IMG/VR virus record: IMGVR_UViG_2778261276_000008
Location: 1 to 25,191 of that record
Source of the DNA: a virus
Taxonomy: Duplodnaviria > Heunggongvirae > Uroviricota > Caudoviricetes
DNA length: 25,191 nt
Strand: one strand, 5' to 3'
A program made the position numbers and the translations under genes. Positions 18,078 through 25,191 of the stretch are shown in pieces. The stretch's first letter is position 1. The number at the start of each line of letters is the position of its first letter. Below the pieces are notes generated by a model that saw only the letters and a program-made list of their open reading frames with translations, had not been told where the DNA came from and did no database searches.

Positions 18078-18570
18078 ACGCTGCCTTGTCGGGGCCGTGC
18101 TGGCTATTGCTGCCACGCTGCCGGGTTTTCAGCAGCTTCACACCTCCGTGGAGGGGCTGAAACTGATTGCTGATTACGAAGGCTGTCGTCTGCAGCCGTA
18201 TCAGTGCAGCGCGGGTGTCTGGACCGACGGCATTGGTAATACGTCGGGCGTCATTCCCAGCAAAACCATTACGGAGCGACAGGCAGCAGAAGGGCTGATC
18301 TCCAACGTGCTGCGTGTGGAGCGGGCGCTGGAAAGGTGTGTGAAGCAACAGCCGCCGCAGAAGGTGTATGACGCTGCGGTGTCGTTTGCCTTCAACGTGG
18401 GAACGGGCAATGCCTGCAGTTCCACACTGGTGAAATTACTCAATCAGCGGCGCTGGGCGGATGCGTGCCGACAGTTGCCGCGCTGGGTTTATGTGAAAGG
18501 TGTTTTTAATCAGGGGCTGGATAACCGCCGTGCGCGGGAGATGGCCTGGTGCTTACAGGGAGCAAACTGA
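18058..18570 (+). CDS. Endolysin, lysozyme family with N-terminal signal-anchor-release (SAR)-like segment, 170 aa
   Basis: Gly/Ala-rich weakly hydrophobic N-terminus (CLVGAVLAIAATLPGF) followed by a lysozyme catalytic region (EG...Y.C.AGVWT.GIG.T). Confidence 0.8.
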   Translation: MNPSIVKRCLVGAVLAIAATLPGFQQLHTSVEGLKLIADYEGCRLQPYQCSAGVWTDGIGNTSGVIPSKTITERQAAEGLISNVLRVERALERCVKQQPPQKVYDAAVSFAFNVGTGNACSSTLVKLLNQRRWADACRQLPRWVYVKGVFNQGLDNRRAREMAWCLQGAN

Positions 18571-18571
18571 A

Positions 18572-18949
18572 ATGAAAAAGAAAGTAATCAGCGGGCTGTT
18601 TCTGATGTTATGGATGGCGCTGTTGATCGCAGCAATGGTGTATCCACAGGGGATTTTTCCGGTACTGGCAGCGTCCGGTGTCTGGGTAGCCTGTCTGCTG
18701 ACATGGGCGGTAATTCCGGTAGCACTGGCTGCGTTAATTAAGAACGGCCCGCTCTGGCAGGAGTTGAGGGCATCTTTGCTAAAGACCATTACCCGAAAAG
18801 AAAACGTATTTATCAGCTGGGTGATGCGATTGCTGATTGTCGTAAGTTTCGCCTGGACGGGGTGGGCTATTACCCTGGTCTTTTATCTGCTGACCGTTAT
18901 TGCCTTCTGGATGATCCGTAATCAGATTGCGCAACAGGTAGCAGCATGA
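18572..18949 (+). CDS. lysA: LysA-like lysis accessory membrane protein, 125 aa
   Basis: Multi-TM small protein following the endolysin, as in P2 lysA. The ORF track's upstream extension is rejected. Confidence 0.6.
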   Translation: MKKKVISGLFLMLWMALLIAAMVYPQGIFPVLAASGVWVACLLTWAVIPVALAALIKNGPLWQELRASLLKTITRKENVFISWVMRLLIVVSFAWTGWAITLVFYLLTVIAFWMIRNQIAQQVAA

Positions 18950-19374
18950 ACCGGTTGCTGCTGGTTGTGCTGGCGTTATTACTGGCGGCGCTGGGCTGGC
19001 AGACGTGGCGGCTGGCTGATGCCAGCCAGACCATCAGCACGCAGGCAGACGAGCTTCGGAGCAAAAGCCAGGCACTGGCAAAGAGCAACAGCCAGCTTAT
19101 CAGCCTGTCCATTCTGACTGAAACCAATAACCGGGAGCAGGCGCGGCTCTATGCCGAAGCAGAACAGACCAGTGTACTGCTGAGACAACGACAACACCGG
19201 ATTGAGGAACTGAAACGTGAGAACGAGGATTTACGCCGCTGGGCTGATACTCCTTTGCCTGCTGACATTATCCGGCTGCGGGAACGCCCCACACTCACCG
19301 GAGGTGCAGCTTACCGTCAGTGGTTGTCCGCGAGTGACGCCGTGTCGGCTGGGGCAGGCAGCGCCGCGCACTAA
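18946..19374 (+). CDS. lysB: i-spanin (LysB / Rz-like), 142 aa
   Basis: N-terminal TM helix then coiled-coil periplasmic domain. ATGA coupling with lysA. Confidence 0.7.
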   Translation: MNRLLLVVLALLLAALGWQTWRLADASQTISTQADELRSKSQALAKSNSQLISLSILTETNNREQARLYAEAEQTSVLLRQRQHRIEELKRENEDLRRWADTPLPADIIRLRERPTLTGGAAYRQWLSASDAVSAGAGSAAH

Positions 19375-19507
19375 CGGTGACCTGAACGCGTTGCTGGATG
19401 AAACGGAGGCCGCCTGGGCGGTCTGTGCAGACAAAGTGGACATGATTATTGCGTGTCAGGAGCGAAACAGTGAACAAACCACAATCCCTGCGCCACGCCC
19501 TCAATAA
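19217..19507 (+). CDS. lysC: o-spanin lipoprotein (LysC / Rz1-like), begins inside lysB in another frame
   Basis: Signal peptide with lipobox LTLSGC (Cys21) and a Pro-rich mature region. GTG start. Overlaps the lysB 3' half. Confidence 0.6.
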   Translation: MRTRIYAAGLILLCLLTLSGCGNAPHSPEVQLTVSGCPRVTPCRLGQAAPRTNGDLNALLDETEAAWAVCADKVDMIIACQERNSEQTTIPAPRPQ

Positions 19508-19901
19508 AGCGGTGCCTTATGTCCGCAATAACCCGGACAAACTGCATCTGTTTGTGGATAACGGTTCGCTGGTTGCCACGGGGGCCAGCTCCATGTCATG
19601 GGAGTACCGCTATACCCTGAACGTGGTGATAGAGGATTTCAGCGGCGACCAGAATCTGCTGATGGCCCCGGTTTTACTGTGGCTTCGGGATAACCAGCCC
19701 GATGCCATCAATAACCCGGCGTTACGGGAAAAGCTATTCACCTTTGAGGTGGATATTTTGCGCAACGATGTCTGTGATATCAGCCTTAACCTGCAACTGA
19801 CGGAACGTGTGCTGGTCAGTACTGACGGCAGTGTGTCGAGCGTTGAAGCTGTAGCAGAACCCGATGAACCTGAAGAAATGTGGACGGTGAAACGTGGCTG
19901 A
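19470..19901 (+). CDS. R: Tail completion protein R (P2 gpR family)
   Basis: GTG at 19470 has an AGGAG SD 8 nt upstream. Sequence pattern LR.AL...V......P..L..FVDNGS resembles gpR as I recall it. Confidence 0.7.
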   Translation: MNKPQSLRHALNKAVPYVRNNPDKLHLFVDNGSLVATGASSMSWEYRYTLNVVIEDFSGDQNLLMAPVLLWLRDNQPDAINNPALREKLFTFEVDILRNDVCDISLNLQLTERVLVSTDGSVSSVEAVAEPDEPEEMWTVKRG

Positions 19902-20340
19902 ACTGCAGAAGGTGGACGACTGGCTGAGTGCCTTGCTGGCGAATCTGGAACCAGCCACGAGAAGCCGCATGATGCGCCAGCTGGCGCAGGAACTGCGCCG
20001 GACACAGCAGCAGAATATCAGGATGCAGCGCAATCCAGATGGCAGCAGTTATGAACCGCGCAGGGTAACAGCACGCAGCAAAAAAGGCCGCATCAAACGT
20101 CAGATGTTTGCAAAGCTGCGCACCACAAAATACCTGAAAACTGCCGCCAGCGCCGACTCTGCCAGCGTACAGTTTGAAGGCAAGGTGCAGCGTATTGCCC
20201 GTGTTCACCATTACGGCCTGCGCGATCGTGTCAGTCGCAAAGGACCGGAAGTGCGTTATGCAGAGCGGCGGTTGCTTGGTATCAATAACAAGATGCAGTC
20301 TGTCATTGGAGATATATTGCATCAGTGGCTGTTTAAATGA
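19894..20340 (+). CDS. S: Tail completion / virion morphogenesis protein S (P2 gpS family), 148 aa
   Basis: Position after R with overlapping start. Size matches P2 gpS (about 150 aa). Confidence 0.7.
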   Translation: MAELQKVDDWLSALLANLEPATRSRMMRQLAQELRRTQQQNIRMQRNPDGSSYEPRRVTARSKKGRIKRQMFAKLRTTKYLKTAASADSASVQFEGKVQRIARVHHYGLRDRVSRKGPEVRYAERRLLGINNKMQSVIGDILHQWLFK

Positions 20341-20365
20341 GTCAACTAATTTGGTTAATCTAATT

Positions 20366-20384
20366 TATTCGTTGTTAACGAATA
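20366..20384 (+). terminator. Hairpin TATTCGTT-GTT-AACGAATA followed by a T-rich tract
   Basis: Perfect 8-bp stem directly after the S stop and abutting the stop of the convergent HNH-motif gene. Confidence 0.4.
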
Positions 20385-21200
20385 TCATATTTTTAATTTT
20401 TTATGGATATGCTCCATCCCTAAATTAGATATCTCTTTTTTTAGCTGGGTTTCACTTGCAGTTATCCAGTTTTTTCCACAGTTTGGTAGAAGCATCTCGC
20501 TACTTGACGGATTGATAAGTTTTACTTTTTCATTCTTTATAATTTTGTTTTTCAAATAACTTTTACTTATTAAGGCTGATTTTTCAGTTATAACGAGATA
20601 AAAAAATATGCTTCCAAAAAATATACCTTTTAAAATAATACCGCTGCGTAACAGAACAGGGTCATTTTTGGTTATTCTCATTTTAAAGGGAGAGCAAAGG
20701 TTGTCTTCACTTGTAGGTATATTAAGTTCGCTTTTTTGCTCGTCAGTAAGTTTAAGAGGCATGAGCAGTCCAGCGAAGAGCATGACATCTTTTTCTGAAG
20801 GCAAAGGTTCTCCGCGGAGAATATAATCTTTATATGCGCCAAAAATATGTGTGGATGGATCATTGACCGCGCTTGCCGAGTTGTAAGAAATTTTCATTAA
20901 CCAGCGTAGCAATAAATGATAATCATAAGTTATAGTCGTTTGTGTCTTTAGATAAAGTTGGGTTAAGAAACCGTTTCTGGCTAAAAACTGACTTCCATAA
21001 TCATCTAAAAAACTTAATGCTCCACCATTGCATGTTTTACAAACATCGGCAATTGTTGCCTCACCACCAATTATATCATTTGCTCTCTCGTTCCAGCCTA
21101 TAAAACGATCTCCAGATTCTTTTTGATATTTATATATAAATTTAGGGATAATATGTTCTCTTTCTATTATTCCATCTTGCTCGCAATATCTGCAGTGCAT
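20385..21200 (-). CDS. HNH-motif nuclease-domain protein with uncharacterised C-terminal domain, 271 aa (cargo at the S-V locus)
   Basis: N-terminal 60 aa carry C3-x2-C6 ... E15-H16-IIPK ... N37/N41 ... C54-x2-C57-N58, the spacing of HNH/His-Me finger nucleases. Gene is AT-rich, on the opposite strand to the late genes, with GGAG SD 8 nt upstream. Confidence 0.6.
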   Translation of the reverse strand: MHCRYCEQDGIIEREHIIPKFIYKYQKESGDRFIGWNERANDIIGGEATIADVCKTCNGGALSFLDDYGSQFLARNGFLTQLYLKTQTTITYDYHLLLRWLMKISYNSASAVNDPSTHIFGAYKDYILRGEPLPSEKDVMLFAGLLMPLKLTDEQKSELNIPTSEDNLCSPFKMRITKNDPVLLRSGIILKGIFFGSIFFYLVITEKSALISKSYLKNKIIKNEKVKLINPSSSEMLLPNCGKNWITASETQLKKEISNLGMEHIHKKLKI

Positions 21201-21244
21201 TATTTTCTCCGTTGATTTTATTTATCGTTAATTTTCAGTTGTAA

Positions 21245-21262
21245 TGTGCCATCCATCATACA
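21245..21262. promoter_or_regulatory. Ogr/Delta-type activator dyad (TGT-N12-ACA) for late promoter of V
   Basis: TGTGCCATCCATCATACA, centred about 55 bp upstream of the V start codon. Confidence 0.5.
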
Positions 21263-21307
21263 ACGGTATGTTATCGACTGAAATTCCATTTAGTTTAACA
21301 TTTTTAC

Positions 21308-21826
21308 ATGAACGCACAATTAACCGAAATCATGCGCCTTATCACCAACCTGATCCGCACTGGGGTAGTCACCGAAGTGGACAGGGAAAACTGGCTTTGC
21401 CGAGTGAAAACGGGCGACCTTGAAACTAACTGGATCAGTTGGCTGACGCTGCGTGCAGGAAATGCCCGGACATGGTGGCGACCATCGGAAGGTGAGCAGG
21501 TGGTGCTGCTGAGTCTGGGCGGTAATCTGGAAACCGCGTTTGCCCTGCCTGCGGTCTACTCAAACCAGTTTCCGCCACCTTCAGGCTCTGAGGACGGCAA
21601 CGTGACGGAATACCCGGACGGCGGCTGGTTTGAATACGAACCCGCCACCGGGCGCTGGTATGTCAGGGGCATCAAATCAATGGTCATTGAGGCCGCTGAC
21701 AATATCACCCTGAAAACCAGTGAGTTTGTGCTGGAGGCTGACCGCACGCGTATTAACAGCGAAGTGGTGATCAATGGTGGCGTTACCCACATTCCGTTTT
21801 GCCGCTTCTCCCAAACCAACGTTTAA
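21308..21826 (+). CDS. V: Baseplate spike/assembly protein V (P2 gpV family), 172 aa, probably C-terminally truncated
   Basis: N-terminus MNAQLTEIMRLITNLIRTGVVTEVD resembles P2 gpV. Shorter than P2 gpV (about 211 aa). No W, J, I, H, G, FI, FII, E, T, U genes follow. Confidence 0.75.
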   Translation: MNAQLTEIMRLITNLIRTGVVTEVDRENWLCRVKTGDLETNWISWLTLRAGNARTWWRPSEGEQVVLLSLGGNLETAFALPAVYSNQFPPPSGSEDGNVTEYPDGGWFEYEPATGRWYVRGIKSMVIEAADNITLKTSEFVLEADRTRINSEVVINGGVTHIPFCRFSQTNV

Positions 21827-22027
21827 GAAAATGCAGAGGTAACAGCTAACTGGCATCATCTCCGGTTTTTATTCAGGGGAATGCCAGTGAAAGTCAGTGG
21901 TTTTAAACAGCCGATAGATGATGCGGAATGGACCATTACGACTCTGACACATACCGTCAGCCCGGATAACGGTTTTATGACCAGTCTGGAGCTTGAAGTG
22001 AGGATTGATGATTTCGAAATGGAATGA
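21827..22027 (+). pseudogene. D: Remnant of the 3' end of tail gene D, in frame with V after its stop codon
   Basis: Open frame ending ...MPVKVSGFKQPIDDAEWTITTLTHTVSPDNGFMTSLELEVRIDDFEME, located immediately upstream of ogr where gene D ends in P2. Resemblance to the gpD C-terminus is from memory only. Confidence 0.45.
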
Positions 22028-22117
22028 TTCTTCGCAATGGAGAACTTTTAAGTTTGCAAAATGGAATAATGAGGTATCATTATTGTGAATTTAGCAAAAA
22101 TGGGGAGAACTCGAAAA

Positions 22118-22336
22118 ATGATGATTTGCCCACTGTGTGGAAGTGCCGCCCATACTCGCAGCAGTTTTCAGGTATCTTCATTGACCAAAGAGCGTTACAA
22201 CCAGTGCCAGAACATTAACTGCAGCCATACTTTTGTTACCCATGAAACTTTTGTTCGTTCGATTGCAACGCCAAAAGAGTCAAATCCGGTTCAGCCGCAT
22301 CCAATGAAATCAGGACAGGTGGCGCTCTCTCTTTGA
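22118..22336 (+). CDS. ogr: Ogr/Delta-family zinc-finger late transcription activator, 72 aa
   Basis: CPLCGSAAHTRSS...KERYNQCQNINCSHTF matches the P2 Ogr CxxC...CxxxxC zinc-finger pattern. Last phage gene before the att repeat. Confidence 0.85.
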   Translation: MMICPLCGSAAHTRSSFQVSSLTKERYNQCQNINCSHTFVTHETFVRSIATPKESNPVQPHPMKSGQVALSL

Positions 22337-22359
22337 CGCTGCCGCCATTTTGTCGCCAT
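22337..22359. repeat. Candidate attR core (CGCTGCCGCCATTTTGTCGCCAT)
   Basis: Direct repeat of 19..41 with two C/T mismatches. Starts immediately after the ogr stop codon. Confidence 0.5.
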
Positions 22360-22422
22360 CGTTAAAAAACAGTGCTTATAACATCATGATTTTAAAAGGC
22401 ATAAATTTCAGGCAACAAAAAA

Positions 22423-22459
22423 CCCATCAACCTTGAACCGAAATGGCGGGGTTGATGGG
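22423..22459 (-). terminator. Intrinsic-terminator-like hairpin downstream of ybjL
   Basis: 10-bp stem CCCATCAACC / GGTTGATGGG followed by TTTTTTG on the minus strand. Confidence 0.4.
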
Positions 22460-22571
22460 CTCCACAAAATGGGGACATCAAAGAAAAGCAGTGGCACTAA
22501 TTAAGACTGATGCCCTGCGGAAAAGTTCTGCGGTTGTGCAAAAAAATTTCATTTTCAGGGCAACTTCAGTT

Positions 22572-24257
22572 TTATCCTAATCCTGGCCATACCATGACGA
22601 TGATTGTCCCTGCCAGCGTCAGCAGGACGTTGGCGATTGCATAGGTGCCCGCATAGCCCAGCGCCGGGATGTTACTGCGAGCTGTATCACTGATGATCTC
22701 CATTGCCGGCGCGCAGGTACGTGCGCCCATCATTGCGCCGAACAACAGCGCGCGGTTCATTCGCAATACATAAGCACCGAACAAGAAACAGATAACCACG
22801 GGCACCAGACTGACAATCAATCCGGCAATCAACATCTGACCGCCAATCGCGCCCAGGCCGTTATTAATACCGCTACCGGCGCTCAGACCAACGCCTGCCA
22901 TAAACACCATCAAGCCGAACTCTTTCACCATGCTTAATGCACCCTGCGGAATGTAACCGAAGGTCGGGTGGTTAGCACGCATAAAGCCCAGCATAATTCC
23001 GGCGAATAACAACCCGGCAGCGTTCCCCATGCCGAAACTGAATGTGCTGAACTGGAAGGTGATCATCCCGATCATCAGCCCAATAACAAAGAAGGCGCAG
23101 AATGCCAGCAGGTCAGTGACCTGGCTGTGAATCGAGATAAAGCCGATGCGATCGGCGATGGTTTTTACGCGGCGGGCATCGCCGCTGACTTGTAAAACGT
23201 CACCTTTGTTAAGCACGACGTTGTCATCTATCGGCATCTCAATCTGGCTACGAATGACGCGGTTAAGGAAGCAACCGTGATCGGTCAACTTCAGTTGTGC
23301 GAGACGTTTACCTACAGCGTTATGGTTTTTAACGACCACTTCTTCAGTGACGATACGCATGTCGAGAAGGTCACGATCGAAAACTTCTTTACCGTTACGG
23401 AAGCTGGGATCGAGTCGGGCATGGGCGTCGGGATAGCCTACCAACGCTATTTCATCGCCCATTTGTAGCACGGCATCACCGTCTGGATTTGCCAGAATCC
23501 CGTTACGTCGAATACGTTCAATGTAGCAGCCGGTTTGTCGATAAATACCCAGTTCACGCAGATTTTTGCCGTCGGTCCAGGCCACCAGTTCCGGGCCGAC
23601 GCGATAGGCGCGGATCACCGGTAAATAAACCTTACGGTTGGCATCAGTGTCCAGGCCACGTTCGCGGGCGATTTGCTGGGCGCTGGTCTGTAAGTCCTGA
23701 TGCTGCAATTTCGGCAAGTAACGCGCACCAACAATCAAACTCACCAGACCGATTAAATAGGTTAAGGCATACCCGAGGCTCAGATTATCCAGTGCCAGTG
23801 AGAGCTGCCTGCTTTCCATGCCGGAATGACGCAGTGTATCGCCAGCACCGACCAGAACCGGTGTCGACGTCATAGAGCCTGCTAACATACCGGCCGTCAG
23901 GCCAATATCCCAGCCAAACAGCTTACCTAACCCTAAGGCGATCACCAGCGCACTGCCAACCATCACCAGTGCTAACATTAGGTAATTTTTCCCATCGCGA
24001 AAAAAAATGGAAAAAAAGTTCGGTCCGGCTTCGACCCCGACGCAGAAAATAAACAGCATAAAGCCAAGATTAAGCGCATCGGTGTTAATGCTGAAATGTT
24101 GTTGGCCTAATAACAGCGATACGACTAAAACGCCAATGGAATTACCCAGTTGGATCGAACCAAGTCGTAACTTTCCGAGACATAGCCCAAGCGCGAGGAC
24201 CACAAATAATAACAGAATGTAATTCCCATTTAACAATTCGGCGACGTTTATATTCAC
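22572..24257 (-). CDS. ybjL: Putative transport protein YbjL (AAE-type transporter with central RCK_C/TrkA-C domains), 561 aa
   Basis: Multi-TM N- and C-terminal halves with soluble central domains. Sequence and length match E. coli YbjL as I recall it. Neighbours ybjM and grxA as in E. coli. Confidence 0.85.
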
Positions 24258-24526
24258 GGAGGCTAACTTCTTGTTTACTAGTAAGCTGTTGAAAGAAATG
24301 GTAATTTACGATAATGTTTTTTACCAGAATTCAGGGCGCAGATTCATTCAGCGCACCTAAACGATAGTAAAGTAACAATATATTTTACTAGTGTAATCAC
24401 ATTAGGTATCAACGGCTATATGAATTGCGTTGGCCTATATTAGCATGGAATGCGAAGCGGCTTTATCTTACTGAACGCCACACTGGCGAAAAATGTGTTC
24501 GATAGACGCAGTGTCAGGAGGAACGA

Positions 24527-24904
24527 GTGAAACATAAACAACGTTGGGCGGGGGCAATCTGCTGTTTTGTCCTCTTCATTGTGGTGTGCCTTTTTCTGGC
24601 GACGCACATGAAAGGCGCTTTTCGGGCTGCCGGGCATCCTGAAATCGGCTTGCTATTTTTCATTCTTCCTGGAGCAGTCGCCAGCTTCTTTTCACAGCGT
24701 AGAGAAGTCCTGAAACCTCTGTTTGGCGCAATGCTGGCGGCACCCTGTTCGATGCTCATTATGCGGCTGTTTTTTTCACCGACGCGCTCATTCTGGCAAG
24801 AGCTGGCATGGTTACTAAGCGCGGTGTTCTGGTGTGCGCTGGGGGCACTGTGTTTCTTATTTATCAGTAGTTTGTTTAAACCACAGCACAGAAAAAATCA
24901 GTAA
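24527..24904 (+). CDS. ybjM: Inner membrane protein YbjM, 125 aa
   Basis: Four predicted TM helices. Synteny between ybjL and grxA. Confidence 0.8.
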   Translation: MKHKQRWAGAICCFVLFIVVCLFLATHMKGAFRAAGHPEIGLLFFILPGAVASFFSQRREVLKPLFGAMLAAPCSMLIMRLFFSPTRSFWQELAWLLSAVFWCALGALCFLFISSLFKPQHRKNQ

Positions 24905-24924
24905 AGCCCTCAACGCGAGGGCTT
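24904..24924 (-). terminator. Hairpin AAGCCCTC-AACGC-GAGGGCTT between convergent ybjM and grxA
   Basis: Perfect 8-bp GC-rich stem. T-tract follows on the minus strand (grxA side). Confidence 0.5.
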
Positions 24925-24933
24925 GTCAGACGA

Positions 24934-25191
24934 TCAGGCGTCCAGATTTTCTTTCACCCATGCAGCAAAATCGGTATAGCCGCCGATATGTTGCTGATCG
25001 ACAAAAATCTGCGGCACGGTTTCTACGGGTTTACCTGCCTTTTGTTGTAGATCTTCTTTAGTGATCCCTTCCGCACGAATATCTACATACTGATACTGAA
25101 AATCATCGCGTTCATTGCTCAATTTCTCAGCCAGATCTTTTGCACGCACACAGTAAGGGCAACCCGAACGACCAAAAATAACGGTTTGCAT
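24934..25191 (-). CDS. grxA: Glutaredoxin 1, 85 aa
   Basis: CPYC active site. Sequence MQTVIFGRSGCPYCVRAKDLAEKL... matches E. coli GrxA. The start codon is the last 3 nt of the window. Confidence 0.9.
   Translation of the reverse strand: MQTVIFGRSGCPYCVRAKDLAEKLSNERDDFQYQYVDIRAEGITKEDLQQKAGKPVETVPQIFVDQQHIGGYTDFAAWVKENLDA

Larger units (their letters stand above)
19..22359. mobile_element. Defective (tail-less) P2/186-family prophage bounded by imperfect 23-bp direct repeats
   Basis: Gene order int - cI - early operon - A - accessory/cos - Q P / O N M L X - lysis - R S - V - D remnant - ogr matches P2/186 prophage organisation. Host genes follow on the right. Direct repeats at 19..41 and 22337..22359. 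Confidence 0.8.

Noticed and set aside
22024-22218. 64-aa ORF overlapping the ogr promoter and start
   Set aside because: Out of frame with ogr and without an SD. The Ogr-like zinc-finger frame (22118..22336) explains the coding potential here.
22337-22571. Possible tRNA gene at the attachment site
   Set aside because: Some phages of this family integrate into tRNA genes, but I could not recognise a tRNA-like acceptor stem, T-loop (GTTCRANYC) or CCA end by eye on either flank. tRNAscan would be needed to be certain.
1-25191. CRISPR arrays, insertion sequences or transposases
   Set aside because: No regularly spaced direct repeats and no transposase-like ORF with terminal inverted repeats were seen. 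The only notable repeats are the att-like cores and hairpins.

Overview
The window is an Escherichia-type chromosomal segment carrying a ~22.3-kb defective, tail-less P2/186-family prophage (about 19..22359), followed by host genes that I recognise as ybjL, ybjM and grxA (22572..25191). All homology calls are from memory and motifs, not from a search. The prophage reads left to right as: integrase; an AT-rich cargo gene in the cI-int operon; a CI-like repressor with a tandemly duplicated DNA-binding domain; a 186-like early operon (apl/cox-like, cII-like, small ORFs, TraR-type zinc finger, Dam methylase, replication protein A); a LexA-box-controlled two-gene operon ending in a DinI-family protein; an accessory hotspot with an acidic 111-aa protein, a GC-rich cos-like sequence and a DUF262/DUF1524 (GmrSD-like) nuclease gene; the portal/terminase/capsid module (Q P O N M L); a lysis cassette; tail-completion genes R and S; an AT-rich HNH-motif gene between S and V; baseplate gene V; a short remnant of gene D; and ogr. 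The whole tail module between V and D is missing. Imperfect 23-bp direct repeats at 19..41 and 22337..22359 look like the att cores. The best candidates for undescribed biology are the three AT-rich cargo loci (1135..2109, 9002..11551, 20385..21200) and the duplicated-domain repressor. No CRISPR array, rRNA or transposase gene was found, and I did not recognise a tRNA.
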